IMG/VR virus record: IMGVR_UViG_3300021255_004486 | Direction: 5' to 3' (one strand) | DNA length: 43,247 nucleotides | From: an uncultured virus (IMG/VR IMGVR_UViG_3300021255_004486) | Taxonomy: Duplodnaviria; Heunggongvirae; Uroviricota; Caudoviricetes | Part shown: in pieces, positions 1-9,770 of the stretch | How positions within the stretch are numbered: the first letter of the stretch is position 1 | Layout of the letters: every line of letters starts with the position of its first letter | Notes under the pieces: generated by a model | Seen by the model: only the letters and a program-made list of their open reading frames with translations | Databases searched by the model: none | What the model was told of the DNA's origin: nothing | Made by a program: the position numbers and the translations under genes

Positions 1-32
1 CCGCCTAAAAGACGGAGCTCTTACTGACACAT

Positions 33-503
33 TTATGCTTCCGATTTATTGAGTAATCTTCCACAGAAAGGACAATACTTGATCTTAACATCAGCCGAGA
101 CGATATTGGTTACTTCTGATTCCCAATAATAGCCACGATCAAGCTGTACACTCAAGTTACCCTCATCTGTTACAAAGAGTTCCAATGTACGCATTCCCAT
201 TACACCACAATCAACAGGAAAGAAGTGCACCATCCATGCATTATCCTTATCCTCGTCCATAGCATCGGGATCACAGTATGGACACCCCTCGCCATCATAG
301 AAGAATCTTACATCCTCACAGTCGATCTCAAGAACCCGGATCAAAGCCGCGAGTTCTTCGCTTGTAAACTTCCCGACACCGGTAAATGCATTTTCTATCA
401 TCCCTGCATCAATTCCGGTCTTTGCGGATAAACTCCGGCTGTCCCACCCTTTTTCATTTGCATACTTGATAATAAGTTCAAGTAGCTTCTTGTACTTTAC
501 CAT
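33..503 (-). CDS. XRE-like HTH protein with C-terminal Cys (Zn-binding) motifs
   Basis: N-terminal HTH-like segment (SRSLSAKTGIDAGMIENAFTG); CPYC and KYCPFCGR motifs; GGAG RBS upstream. Confidence 0.6.
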   Translation of the reverse strand: MVKYKKLLELIIKYANEKGWDSRSLSAKTGIDAGMIENAFTGVGKFTSEELAALIRVLEIDCEDVRFFYDGEGCPYCDPDAMDEDKDNAWMVHFFPVDCGVMGMRTLELFVTDEGNLSVQLDRGYYWESEVTNIVSADVKIKYCPFCGRLLNKSEA

Positions 504-513
504 ACTCTACTCC

Positions 514-795
514 TTACCATTTAGTATGAACGGCTATACCATATTCCTCTGAGTTAAGCGCGATCTTGTTGCCCGCCTCAAGTGTTATATAATAGTCAAC
601 CATTCTGACTCCGCCTATCTCGCAAACAACCTTTTCCACATTTGCGACCGGATACATCTGGCCACCGAGCAGTATCGGATCATCATAGTCGTCATTAAGG
701 ACATCATTTGCCCGGTAGACATTTCCGTTACGATCGATATACCCGCCCATGTGTAGAGCTGTATCTGCAAGTAGCCCCGGTTCAAATACCAACAT
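514..795 (-). CDS. hypothetical protein
   Basis: 93-aa ORF with GGAGG RBS, co-directional with neighbours. Confidence 0.6.
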   Translation of the reverse strand: MLVFEPGLLADTALHMGGYIDRNGNVYRANDVLNDDYDDPILLGGQMYPVANVEKVVCEIGGVRMVDYYITLEAGNKIALNSEEYGIAVHTKW

Positions 796-825
796 ATCTA
801 TGCCTCCTCTCCACCGCGATAGTTC

Positions 826-1002
826 TTAGAGTATGTCTTTATATGTTTTACTCGTTTCGATCGCATCAAGTCGCTTACGCATTTCCTTGAGCTCATCAAG
901 GGACTGTGTATCAAGATCAAGAATTTCTACTTCAACATTCTTGTTTCTCGTGTAAACGCCTGTTACCATACCGTCTTCAATAACTACAATCACTTTCGTC
1001 AT
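826..1002 (-). CDS. small hypothetical protein (58 aa, MTKVIVVIEDG...)
   Basis: Manually translated, not in ORF track; AAGGAG RBS; downstream of bipartite motif. Confidence 0.65.
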   Translation of the reverse strand: MTKVIVVIEDGMVTGVYTRNKNVEVEILDLDTQSLDELKEMRKRLDAIETSKTYKDIL

Positions 1003-1037
1003 GTTTATTTCTCCTTATAGAAATTGGTTTCCCTTTA

Positions 1038-1083
1038 ATATAAGTATGTAAGATTTTTGTTTTTGACCGACTTTCTGTACACG
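1038..1083 (-). promoter_or_regulatory. bipartite promoter-like motif copy
   Basis: GTGTACAGAAAG...TCTTACATACTTATAT; second box starts 29 nt after the first. Confidence 0.6.
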
Positions 1084-1270
1084 CATTTTTATGTATTTTC
1101 AAGACTCACTCTCCACGTTTAGTAAATAATATATACCTTCGTTTTTTGAGTACGGGCTCCGAGTGCAGAGGCACATAAATCGCTCATTTTTGCATATCTT
1201 TTGTCATTTTTAATCTCCCACATTTAACTTAAGATGCTATACACACTTATTTATAAATGGAGGTATTAGT

Positions 1271-2095
1271 ATGAATACTACAATTACTATCGACAGAGCC
1301 TATACGGTACTCGTATTTTTGGTCGGATTCCTTATCGCGTCTACTCTGATGCTGATACGGATTGCAATCAGCAAACCAAAGGAAGTGATCAAGCACGATG
1401 ACGACAACGATGACACGGAATTCACCAGAGAGGCCGTCAAAGAGACCAACATTAAGAAGATACAGGGAAGAATAAGAACAACCGATGTGACCGGGCTATC
1501 TAAGTGGGAGAGAAGACGTGCTTTCTACGGATACAATGACCACTACTGCGAATTTAAGGCCGTTCAATGTATGGACTTTGAGACCAGGAACAGTATCCTC
1601 GCATCCATTCTGAGTGCATCTACACGATTTGAGGATTTGATCAAAAAGCCTTCCGATACAGAAGTAGATGATGAACACAACTATTACCAGGACGTAGTAG
1701 ATATAGCAGAAGCAATAGTACCTCCTGGAGAAAAAGCTATACTTACCTCTGCTGCAAAGAGACTTATCGAGGCTTGTATTGTGTATATAGACCTCACATG
1801 TAACAAAGATTACGATAAGAGACTCGACAATGTGCTTGATATGCTTATGTTGACAAAGGTTGATGAGGATGATCGTTCTGCATTTACTCCGCTCGATCTG
1901 TTATTTGACGCATTCGAGAAGGATTACCCCAAGAATCTTGCGGTACTACTGTATAACGAGTATAGACTCTTACATCCCATAGATAGAAGCGCAGCGGCAT
2001 TTATAGCTGCAAGCGCGGTATCCGACATAGTATTTGACCGGGAATCCACGAATATAGACCTTGTTCCAAATGTCACACTCAATGATATTAAGTAA
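1271..2095 (+). CDS. membrane protein carrying an isolated VirD4/TraG-like all-alpha segment
   Basis: N-terminal TM; KRLIEACIVYI...DMLMLTKVDEDD...TPLDLLF...PKNLAVLLYNEY resembles the internal domain of Firmicutes coupling proteins; no Walker motifs. Confidence 0.55.
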   Translation: MNTTITIDRAYTVLVFLVGFLIASTLMLIRIAISKPKEVIKHDDDNDDTEFTREAVKETNIKKIQGRIRTTDVTGLSKWERRRAFYGYNDHYCEFKAVQCMDFETRNSILASILSASTRFEDLIKKPSDTEVDDEHNYYQDVVDIAEAIVPPGEKAILTSAAKRLIEACIVYIDLTCNKDYDKRLDNVLDMLMLTKVDEDDRSAFTPLDLLFDAFEKDYPKNLAVLLYNEYRLLHPIDRSAAAFIAASAVSDIVFDRESTNIDLVPNVTLNDIK

Positions 2096-2206
2096 AGCCA
2101 CACGACTGTAGTGTATGATCGTTTCGTTGTTTATTGATTCGAGGTTCTTCTCTGCCGGAGAACCCGAAAAATAAAGCTATTTTTTGTTCATATAGCTCCT
2201 TTATTC

Positions 2207-2245
2207 TAAAGGCCACCCATTCCATTACGGTTTGAGTGGCCTTTA
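2207..2245. terminator. inverted repeat between convergent genes (putative bidirectional terminator)
   Basis: TAAAGGCCAC...GTGGCCTTTA. Confidence 0.45.
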
Positions 2246-2269
2246 ACCTTATGATATATATGGAATAGT

Positions 2270-2518
2270 TCACAGTAGCTTAAGCTGCCTGTTCAGATAA
2301 TTCGTCACATTACTCTTTCTCTTAGCTGTATAACTGACCGGTTTACCGTCCGCACCCTTGATCGGGTCTAAGTCCTTTATCGGAGTACCGTCAAGCGCAT
2401 CCGAGCGCGGGCTGTTAACTACCTTACCGATTACTGTTCCATCATCGTTATACTGATACACGAGACACAGGTCTGTATTCCTCGGGTGCCTGAGTATCTC
2501 TGTTCTCTGTACACTCAT
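2270..2518 (-). CDS. hypothetical protein
   Basis: 82-aa ORF with AGGAGG RBS. Confidence 0.6.
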   Translation of the reverse strand: MSVQRTEILRHPRNTDLCLVYQYNDDGTVIGKVVNSPRSDALDGTPIKDLDPIKGADGKPVSYTAKRKSNVTNYLNRQLKLL

Positions 2519-2627
2519 TTATTTCTTCCTCCTGCTTTATATTATTGTGCCGGCATACTTTATCGTCACATTCGAGACATTCTGCATACAAAACCTGGCG
2601 ATTAAGCACCGGGCACATCTTAGCCAT
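2448..2627 (-). CDS. small Cys-rich hypothetical protein
   Basis: CPV...CLEC...C motif; overlaps both neighbours. Confidence 0.35.
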   Translation of the reverse strand: MAKMCPVLNRQVLYAECLECDDKVCRHNNIKQEEEINECTENRDTQAPEEYRPVSRVSV

Positions 2628-2907
2628 CGTTTTCACCATCCTTAAGGCTTGCTATATCCTTAACAAGTCTTGTACGTCTTATCTGGATAGAAGATACCGA
2701 GCGTTTAAGTATCTTTCCCAATTCCTCATCCGGGATCTCGTGAGCGAGTACCATACGGTCTTCCTCAATGGTGTATCTTCTATGCAGATCATACTGTCCA
2801 CTCCCGGTACGTTCTCTATACGCCTTCTTATATTTTTCACGCTTCTTGCGGAACGCATCTTTGTCTTTGGCATTCTTAAGTCCCATATCCGCTCCTTTAT
2901 CAGACAT
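2620..2907 (-). CDS. basic HTH-like hypothetical protein
   Basis: YTIEED...EELGKILKRSVSSIQIRR HTH/Myb-like pattern; follows bipartite motif. Confidence 0.55.
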   Translation of the reverse strand: MSDKGADMGLKNAKDKDAFRKKREKYKKAYRERTGSGQYDLHRRYTIEEDRMVLAHEIPDEELGKILKRSVSSIQIRRTRLVKDIASLKDGENDG

Positions 2908-2921
2908 AAACTACATTACAA

Positions 2922-2966
2922 AGTAAGTATGTAAGAAAATTATTCCCCGCCTAATTTCTGTACACG
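2922..2966 (-). promoter_or_regulatory. bipartite promoter-like motif copy
   Basis: GTGTACAGAAAT...TCTTACATACTTAC, 29-nt offset. Confidence 0.6.
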
Positions 2967-3067
2967 GATTTTGTGCGTCCGATAATAAAGTAATAATTTA
3001 TTACAAAATAGTGTTGCCTTTATATTAAGGAAATAATACTCGCCGATCTGAGAATTTAATATTTTTT

Positions 3068-3114
3068 CGTGTACAGAAAACCCACGAAAAACAAGAATCT
3101 TCCACTCTTTATAT
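3068..3114 (+). promoter_or_regulatory. bipartite promoter-like motif copy (divergent from 2922-2966)
   Basis: GTGTACAGAAAA...TCTTCCACTCTTTATAT, 29-nt offset. Confidence 0.6.
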
Positions 3115-3151
3115 GTAACTCAATAAAACACCTTTATAAGGAGGATTAAGA

Positions 3152-3535
3152 ATGAATAAATATGTAGACTTCAAAGCATTTCGTAAAGACGCAGAGGAAG
3201 CACTCGAGGAACTGGGCAAGAGATATGGGCTCGATATCAAGGCCGGCAATATCTCATACGATTCCACCGAGTTCAAGATGCAGCTTGTCTGCACAAGGGC
3301 AGATGTAGATGTCGAGAGACTTAAGTTTGACGAGAACGTCAGATATATGACCGGATTTACCGCTGACGACTACGGCCGTGTAGTTGAGATAAAGAGTGGC
3401 AGGGCTTCCCACAAGTATACGATCAAGGGATTTAAGCCCGGGAATAAGTACAATGTGCTGCTTACAAGAGAAGACGGCGCTGAATACGGATATACGGCAG
3501 AAGCGGTTCTTGCAGCCCTTGGAAGAATATCGTAA
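3152..3535 (+). CDS. hypothetical protein
   Basis: 127-aa ORF with AAGGAGG RBS. Confidence 0.7.
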   Translation: MNKYVDFKAFRKDAEEALEELGKRYGLDIKAGNISYDSTEFKMQLVCTRADVDVERLKFDENVRYMTGFTADDYGRVVEIKSGRASHKYTIKGFKPGNKYNVLLTREDGAEYGYTAEAVLAALGRIS

Positions 3536-3538
3536 AAC

Positions 3539-3990
3539 ATGAAAAAACAGATACCGGGGCAACTCTCGTTGTCCGATTATAGCCACGAAATACTCCATTC
3601 GAATATATCCGAGACGAAGACAGGTACTTCGAGGGAGAAGATCCCTTATGTGGCGACAAAATACATAGTCAGATCTATAAGATACTTCTAAAACACCAAG
3701 GAAGAGAACATTCCATTCCTGCCTGGAAGATATCTCAGATAATGCATTTTCCATCAGAAGACACACAGTCAACCGCCAGGAAGTATATATGGGAGACTGC
3801 AAAGATGTACAACATTCCCCTTGTAGGAGACGCAAACGGCTACTACATCGCAACCAACGAAGAGGAATTAAACGAATACAGCGAATCTATGCATAAAAGA
3901 ATCAATGGAATGCTAAAGACACTGGAAATCACCAGTAAGAATTTTAGAGAGTGGATGTCTCGGGTTAACAATACCCCGAATAGCATTTAA
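3539..3990 (+). pseudogene. frameshifted phage-type winged-helix-like protein
   Basis: ATG at 3539 (MKKQIPGQLSLSDY) continues in another frame (RNTPFEYIRD...LLKHQGREHSIPAWKISQIMHF...GYYIATNEEEL) to 3990; 452 nt implies a 1-nt indel. Confidence 0.55.
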
Positions 3991-4003
3991 CAAGGAGAGT
4001 GTA

Positions 4004-4261
4004 ATGGCAAAGATAACTAAAGTCACATACGTTTGCGATATTTGCAAGAAAGAATTTGAAGAGCCAAGATCAATCGCGCCTGTCCCGGTTATGGGATATG
4101 AGTATGACTGCGAGGGACGCGGGAAATACCCTGCGATCATTAAGACCGAGATGTGCTACCAATGTGCAAAGAGACTGCGCAAGATCACGGAGGAGCATTT
4201 TGCAGTAGTGACATCCGGTTACGGGAACACTTTGACAGTAAAGAGATGCCCGGAAGAATAA
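4004..4261 (+). CDS. Zn-finger-like hypothetical protein
   Basis: CDIC...CYQC; AAGGAG RBS. Confidence 0.65.
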   Translation: MAKITKVTYVCDICKKEFEEPRSIAPVPVMGYEYDCEGRGKYPAIIKTEMCYQCAKRLRKITEEHFAVVTSGYGNTLTVKRCPEE

Positions 4262-4274
4262 GGAGTAACAGGAA

Positions 4275-4634
4275 ATGGGTATGAATAGGAAGTTCACAGA
4301 CCTCACCATAGAAGAGATTAGGTTTATCGTGAATGAAATCTTCTCTCCAAAGAAGATCACAAATATCAAAGTCCATAAGAGAGACGAAGAGATCACCTGC
4401 ACGATCTATACAGAATGGGAAACCACAGATGACGATGGAAAACTTGTCACTGAGGTAATCCCGGATGACCTTATTTTCAGAAACCCTTTCGATTATGGCG
4501 AAGATGCAATATGGGCTGCTTTTTCGTTAACCGCAGATGACTACAACAAGCTAAAGTCATTCTGCTACGCAAAAGGCATCTACGGATTAAGCATTAAGTG
4601 GCTGATACATAATCCGTATATAGAACAGGCATAG
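4275..4634 (+). CDS. hypothetical protein
   Basis: 119-aa ORF in operon-like run. Confidence 0.65.
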   Translation: MGMNRKFTDLTIEEIRFIVNEIFSPKKITNIKVHKRDEEITCTIYTEWETTDDDGKLVTEVIPDDLIFRNPFDYGEDAIWAAFSLTADDYNKLKSFCYAKGIYGLSIKWLIHNPYIEQA

Positions 4635-4657
4635 AACAGGTTAAACGAGGGGGAAAT

Positions 4658-4960
4658 GTGATGATCAACTCAAATATGCAATACTGTTCAAATTGTCGTG
4701 AGCCTTTGCAGGCACGAAAACACTTTACTTTCAGACTTGCAAACTATCCTGGCTACAAATACAACTATGAAAAGTGCCCGAATTGCAACGCGATTCAGTT
4801 TCTCGCGGATAAATTCGATAAGAATGAAGATCCCACAACGGAAGAATTATCTATGCTTCCCAAATGGATACGATTTGATGATACAAATGCGCACGAAGTT
4901 GCTGTTTCAATGAAACTCAATGAGCTGATTAGGAGGTTAACGCACGAATCGCAGCAATAA
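4658..4960 (+). CDS. Zn-finger-like hypothetical protein
   Basis: CSNC...CPNC. Confidence 0.6.
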   Translation: MMINSNMQYCSNCREPLQARKHFTFRLANYPGYKYNYEKCPNCNAIQFLADKFDKNEDPTTEELSMLPKWIRFDDTNAHEVAVSMKLNELIRRLTHESQQ

Positions 4961-5014
4961 TGTCCGGAGAGTATGCAACAAATACACCGTTTGGATTAAA
5001 AACATAACTTTTTT

Positions 5015-5062
5015 CGTGTACAGAAAAGCGGCGAAAACCGCTTTTCTTACATACTTTATATA
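5015..5062 (+). promoter_or_regulatory. bipartite promoter-like motif copy
   Basis: GTGTACAGAAAA...TCTTACATACTTTATAT, 29-nt offset; spacer holds IR AAAAGCGG/CCGCTTTT. Confidence 0.6.
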
Positions 5063-5112
5063 TGAATGCATAGCAGATGCAATATATGAGAGTAACGAGG
5101 GGTATATAAACC

Positions 5113-5379
5113 ATGTTAGATTATACAGATATTTCAAGTAAGGTAGAGGACGTTAAGAACGCCTTGAATAGCTTATACGAACTGGTTTATGGCCAGTATG
5201 ACGGCATTTTTCAGGGCAAAGATGCCAAGAAGTATCAGAGAATGATACAGAGCATCAAGAGTGCAGACAGATGCATGAACGAAGCGAATGATATCAACGA
5301 CAGATTGTCGGATGCATTCGAGATGCAGGTAACCGAGTTTCTTGCAGAAGCAAGAGGATGCGCGGAAAGCGAGGAATAA
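5113..5379 (+). CDS. hypothetical helical protein
   Basis: 88-aa ORF with GAGGGG RBS. Confidence 0.6.
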   Translation: MLDYTDISSKVEDVKNALNSLYELVYGQYDGIFQGKDAKKYQRMIQSIKSADRCMNEANDINDRLSDAFEMQVTEFLAEARGCAESEE

Positions 5380-5486
5380 AAGATGATATTTAACGTAGGC
5401 GATTATATCGGTGACGAAAACGATATGTGTTGGAAAGTAGAATCTGTCACTGAAAAAGAATATGCTAAAGATAGGAGGATTCACGC

Positions 5487-5831
5487 ATGAGTATAGTGAT
5501 TGTAGGCATCGCAATAGCAACGCTCATGCTTGTCGTAACGGTTGCAATAACAATAATACAACCAAACGACGAGAGATATAACTCCGGCAGAAAGCCGAAC
5601 GGGGCAGTCATTATCAGCTACGCCATATATCTTCTCTTTTTAACAGGTTTAATAGGCTACGTAATCATTAGCAACACCGATCCCTATTTGATCGTCGCTC
5701 TTTTAGTTTCCTGGGGAGTATCCATCCTTGTAGGGTACTTCATCGACGTTGCATACATAAGGTACTGGATTAAGAAGAAAAGCAGCTTGGAACTGAGCGA
5801 TACAACGGAGGACGAGAAATGTCAGATGTAG
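5487..5831 (+). CDS. membrane protein (3 TM)
   Basis: three hydrophobic stretches; AGGAGG RBS. Confidence 0.65.
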   Translation: MSIVIVGIAIATLMLVVTVAITIIQPNDERYNSGRKPNGAVIISYAIYLLFLTGLIGYVIISNTDPYLIVALLVSWGVSILVGYFIDVAYIRYWIKKKSSLELSDTTEDEKCQM

Positions 5832-6124
5832 AGTTGGTCATTAAGATACCGGAAGCAGAATATGATTTGATCGTTAATGACGAAGCATGTGGCTTAAATG
5901 TTCTGACAAGAGCAATAGCCCGCGGAACGCTGCTCCCCGAAGGACACGGAAGATTGGGAGATTTGGATGCCCTTGAAGAAGAAATAGTAAACGGCATTAA
6001 AGCAGGGAATTATGAAGAAGGTTATGAAACATTCGCACATATTAACGACATGGACGACTGCGTAGAATGCGTAAAGTGTGCAGACACAATCATACCGGCA
6101 GATAAGGCAGAAGGAGAGAACTGA
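5819..6124 (+). CDS. phage-like hypothetical protein
   Basis: LPEGHGRLGDLDAL...ADTIIPAD pattern typical of clostridial phage small proteins. Confidence 0.65.
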   Translation: MSDVELVIKIPEAEYDLIVNDEACGLNVLTRAIARGTLLPEGHGRLGDLDALEEEIVNGIKAGNYEEGYETFAHINDMDDCVECVKCADTIIPADKAEGEN

Positions 6125-6691
6125 ATGAAATTCATAATCATAGACACAACAACCGGCAGAGAAGTATCTTCCGAGAAAATCGATAAGATAGCCAAGGAAG
6201 GCGGCCTTATGGATATGGATATCGACCAGTTTTTTATCGGAGAAGATGGACAGCTCGCATTGGCAGATGATTGCAACAATCTCGTCTACTGTGATAACGA
6301 ATACTATAAGCTCAGACCCGTATTCGAGGGAAAATATCCGGATCTTGAGTATTTTGAAGCCATTATGCTTGGCAGCGTGCGAAAAATAGTCCCCGATGCA
6401 TTTAAGGACAGCTTTTGGCATCCGCAGGCAGACCTTGAATCAATGTTTCCGCAGACTTGGCCCGATACGGCAGGCGGCTTTTCCCGGCCCGGGATAATAG
6501 CCGGACAGGCGTTTACGACTGAGATCACAACCGTAATGAAAGTGTTCGTTCATGATACAAAGGAAGAGTATTTTGGCGTGTTCTTCGGAAATAAACCCGC
6601 ATATCTTGTAAGCAACGCAAACGAGGTATTCTTTGAGGATCTGCGAAATCGGCAGCTCAAGTCAAAGTACGAGGCAGAAAAGGTGTATTGA
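6125..6691 (+). CDS. hypothetical protein
   Basis: 188-aa ORF abutting upstream stop; AAGGAG RBS. Confidence 0.7.
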   Translation: MKFIIIDTTTGREVSSEKIDKIAKEGGLMDMDIDQFFIGEDGQLALADDCNNLVYCDNEYYKLRPVFEGKYPDLEYFEAIMLGSVRKIVPDAFKDSFWHPQADLESMFPQTWPDTAGGFSRPGIIAGQAFTTEITTVMKVFVHDTKEEYFGVFFGNKPAYLVSNANEVFFEDLRNRQLKSKYEAEKVY

Positions 6692-6692
6692 A

Positions 6693-6899
6693 GTGAAATA
6701 CAAAGAATACAAGCAATCAGAAGACTTTAAGACCGCTGATATTGTAGAGCTTTATGACAAAACCGGAGCTAAAATCGAGATCACCGGCGAAACAAAGCGG
6801 AGAGAGCTAAACAACAAGGCTGTTTTGGACAGGAAACGGCGTACGGAAAACGGGCTGACGATAGATACGGTCGTGTTGGATGTAGAGGGAAAAGGATGA
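6693..6899 (+). CDS. hypothetical protein
   Basis: GTG start just after upstream stop. Confidence 0.5.
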   Translation: MKYKEYKQSEDFKTADIVELYDKTGAKIEITGETKRRELNNKAVLDRKRRTENGLTIDTVVLDVEGKG

Positions 6900-6954
6900 A
6901 CGACGAGTATGAACCTGTATAAAGGCGATTTGTTTGGAGAGATAAGTAATAAGT

Positions 6955-7428
6955 ATGAGCAAACCAATTCTTGATCCTTGTTGTGGAAGCAGGATGTTCT
7001 ATTTTAATAAAGATAATCCCCTGGTGGATTTTCGAGATTGCAGAACTCTTGAGAAAGAACTCTGCGATGGGCGCATTCTGTCCATAGAGCCCGACACCAT
7101 CGGCGACGTAACAAAGATCGATGCTCTGGACGAGTCTTTCAGCCTTGTTATATTCGATCCGCCTCACCTTGATGTTGGCTCCGGTTGGCAGGTAGATAAG
7201 TATGGTAAACTGCCTCCAAATTGGAAAGAATGGATGACAACAGCATTTGGCGAGTGTTGGAGAGTCCTTAAACCCAACGGAACCTTGGTTTTCAAATGGT
7301 ACGAGTACCACATTCCGCTAACAGAAGTGCTGAGTTGTTTTGATCAGAAACCCGTACTTGGCAATCGCAGACCAAAGCAGTCAAAAACACATTGGCTGTT
7401 GTTTTTTAAGGAGGACAGGCGATGCTAA
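6955..7428 (+). CDS. phage-type class I SAM-dependent (DNA) methyltransferase
   Basis: ILDPCCGSRMF SAM-binding motif; FDPPH catalytic-like motif; RVLKPNG. Confidence 0.85.
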   Translation: MSKPILDPCCGSRMFYFNKDNPLVDFRDCRTLEKELCDGRILSIEPDTIGDVTKIDALDESFSLVIFDPPHLDVGSGWQVDKYGKLPPNWKEWMTTAFGECWRVLKPNGTLVFKWYEYHIPLTEVLSCFDQKPVLGNRRPKQSKTHWLLFFKEDRRC

Positions 7429-7727
7429 TACTGCCGATAAAGAGACAATGGTACGACATGATCCTTTCCGGCGAGAAGAAGGAAGAGTATAGGGAGATTA
7501 AGCCGTATTACCGAAGCCGGCTGCACAACGAGGGATTTCTCGACCAATACGGGCTGCCCACTCTTTATCAAGGATTGGTTTTGTTCCGCAACGGATACGC
7601 AGGAAATTCACCGTCGTTTGAGGCGCTTTGTTCTCTTGATATTAAAACCGGCAGGCCCGAATGGGGCGCAGAACCCAGGAAAGAATACTACGTGCTTAAG
7701 ATTTTGGAAGTAAAGCATGACACTTAA
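7422..7727 (+). CDS. ASCH/PUA-like domain protein
   Basis: LPIKRQWYDMILSGEKKEEYREIKPYY signature. Confidence 0.8.
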   Translation: MLILPIKRQWYDMILSGEKKEEYREIKPYYRSRLHNEGFLDQYGLPTLYQGLVLFRNGYAGNSPSFEALCSLDIKTGRPEWGAEPRKEYYVLKILEVKHDT

Positions 7728-7751
7728 TGAAGCTATTAAACATGCGCAGGA

Positions 7752-8246
7752 ATGATGAATAAACCACACTACCTGTACCGTATATACTACGGCGATACAA
7801 TCGTATACCTCGGACGCACGAATCAAAGATTGCAGGATCGAATCAGAGGACACTTATTTAAGAAGCCGATGCACAGGACGATCAGCATAGGCCTTGTTAC
7901 GAAGATAGAGTACGCGGAGTTTTCCTCAGAAGCAGACATGAACGTGTACGAAATCTACTACATCAACAAGTATAAGCCCGCGCTCAACTGCGACGACAAA
8001 GTAAGGGATGAGCTTACAATTACGCTCCCGGAAGTAGAATGGTGCCTGTTTGAAACTCCCTTGTGGGACAAGTGGAAAGAAGAGATACGGGATAAAGACG
8101 AGCTTCACCAGATGCGACAGACAGAAAAGCACGCATACGAGGATACGGTAAGGGAGATGCGCAGGATGTGGCACGAGGGAAAGATTACTGAGGACGAGTA
8201 TTACGCGTTCAAAGAGTCGGGATATAAGAAGGAAAAGTTTATATGA
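7752..8246 (+). CDS. GIY-YIG nuclease family protein
   Basis: YLY...VYLGRT...RIRGH...E.YYINKYKPALN. Confidence 0.8.
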   Translation: MMNKPHYLYRIYYGDTIVYLGRTNQRLQDRIRGHLFKKPMHRTISIGLVTKIEYAEFSSEADMNVYEIYYINKYKPALNCDDKVRDELTITLPEVEWCLFETPLWDKWKEEIRDKDELHQMRQTEKHAYEDTVREMRRMWHEGKITEDEYYAFKESGYKKEKFI

Positions 8247-8285
8247 ACGACACGCACATCATATCGTACGAACTGGAGGTTAAAA

Positions 8286-8693
8286 ATGGGGAAATATATT
8301 GATTTTAAGTTAATCGAACAGTATCCCAACAAGTACAATCTTACCATTAAATCCATCAAAAACTTGGTCATAGCTGACTGGGAAAGGCTCAAGGGAAAAA
8401 CTTGGCATAATGAAGCAATGAAAAAGACCGGAAGTTGGTGGTGCCACATAGAGGGGTGTAATAAAGATGGTCAGCCCCACAACGAGGAAGACGAGTTTTG
8501 GATAGGATTTAGAGAAGACGATAACAAGATAGATTGTCATTTTTCTTCGTATGAAGGAATGTGTGGATATACATTTGACAAATTCTACGCTGCTAAAGAT
8601 ATAGAGAACGAATACGATATGCAGGTGCAGGCAAATGCGATCCGGTGGCTGAACAGCATGATAGATGATGGAGTATTGGCATTACCGGAATAA
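8286..8693 (+). CDS. hypothetical protein
   Basis: 135-aa ORF with GGAGGT RBS. Confidence 0.7.
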   Translation: MGKYIDFKLIEQYPNKYNLTIKSIKNLVIADWERLKGKTWHNEAMKKTGSWWCHIEGCNKDGQPHNEEDEFWIGFREDDNKIDCHFSSYEGMCGYTFDKFYAAKDIENEYDMQVQANAIRWLNSMIDDGVLALPE

Positions 8694-8704
8694 GAGGGCT
8701 AATT

Positions 8705-8935
8705 ATGAGCGTAACAAATCCTATATATGAGCCTATAGCTGTTCACGACACCAAGTCCCGTAAGGAATGGTTTGAAGAAGTTATGGGTGAAATAAAGGAA
8801 CTGGCAGAATTTCACTCAGTCGAAGTCCCTATGGTATATGGAGACGGCGAAGAAACTGTAGACAAGATGATTTCCCTGGAAGAACTCGGTCGAATACTTG
8901 CTGAAATAGAAGATGCTATAGGAAGAGAGCCATGA
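8705..8935 (+). CDS. hypothetical protein
   Basis: ORF in coupled run. Confidence 0.6.
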   Translation: MSVTNPIYEPIAVHDTKSRKEWFEEVMGEIKELAEFHSVEVPMVYGDGEETVDKMISLEELGRILAEIEDAIGREP

Positions 8936-9120
8936 AAAATAACTACGACTGGTCGGGGATGTTCCAGACAATAGCGGCAAAAGTCGCAAAAAGCACGTCC
9001 GAGGAACAGATGTACCGGATGCTAAAGGATTTCAAGGACGAGTTCAATTCAGAGTATGGCAAACTAAGCAGAGCAAAGCGTCTTACTGACGGTTTCAGAG
9101 ATTGGGAGGAAAATACATGA
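8932..9120 (+). CDS. hypothetical protein
   Basis: ATGA overlaps with neighbours. Confidence 0.6.
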   Translation: MKNNYDWSGMFQTIAAKVAKSTSEEQMYRMLKDFKDEFNSEYGKLSRAKRLTDGFRDWEENT

Positions 9121-9719
9121 CAGAATGTCTTATTACATTACAGCAAAAGCCTTTATTCTGGCTTGGAGACAGGTTTTATAAGGTTGAGGTATCAGCTCTC
9201 AACCATGGACGTACATCCAAAATGGAGTTTTCATCAAAGTGCCCTTCCTGCAATGACACAAGGAAGATCACTTATAAAGGCTACAACGGGAGCGATTTTG
9301 AGTGTGAGTGCCCTGTCTGCAAAGGCTCTGTTGGGCATGGATATGGCAATAAGATATGCCTCACCAACTGGGAATTGCACGAATATATCGTTTACAAGAT
9401 AAATGCACAGGGCCCGGAGACTGTAAGCGCATATAAGGACGGCATGGGATATATCGATTCTATGAGTCTGACAGCCTTTTGTAAAATAGGCAGATGCCTG
9501 GACGATTATATCCAGACCAATGTACCATGCGTGGAAAATCGTGTGGATACCGACATCGAATCAATAGATATGGATGCCTATTACTTTAGCCCAAAAGACT
9601 ATGTATTCAGAAAGAAAGCTGACGCAGCCAGATTCTTAGAAGCACTGAAAGAACGTGACAGACAGAAGCTTGCTGAATTTAACAAAACCTATGGAACGGA
9701 GTATGAGTATCCGTTTTAA
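9117..9719 (+). CDS. hypothetical protein with CxxC/CxxCxG Zn motifs
   Basis: CPSC...CPVCKG; GGAGG RBS before ATG 9117. Confidence 0.7.
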   Translation: MTECLITLQQKPLFWLGDRFYKVEVSALNHGRTSKMEFSSKCPSCNDTRKITYKGYNGSDFECECPVCKGSVGHGYGNKICLTNWELHEYIVYKINAQGPETVSAYKDGMGYIDSMSLTAFCKIGRCLDDYIQTNVPCVENRVDTDIESIDMDAYYFSPKDYVFRKKADAARFLEALKERDRQKLAEFNKTYGTEYEYPF

Positions 9720-9770
9720 TGAGAATCGCATATCTTACACACTTTATATATAAGCAGAAAGGAAATACTA

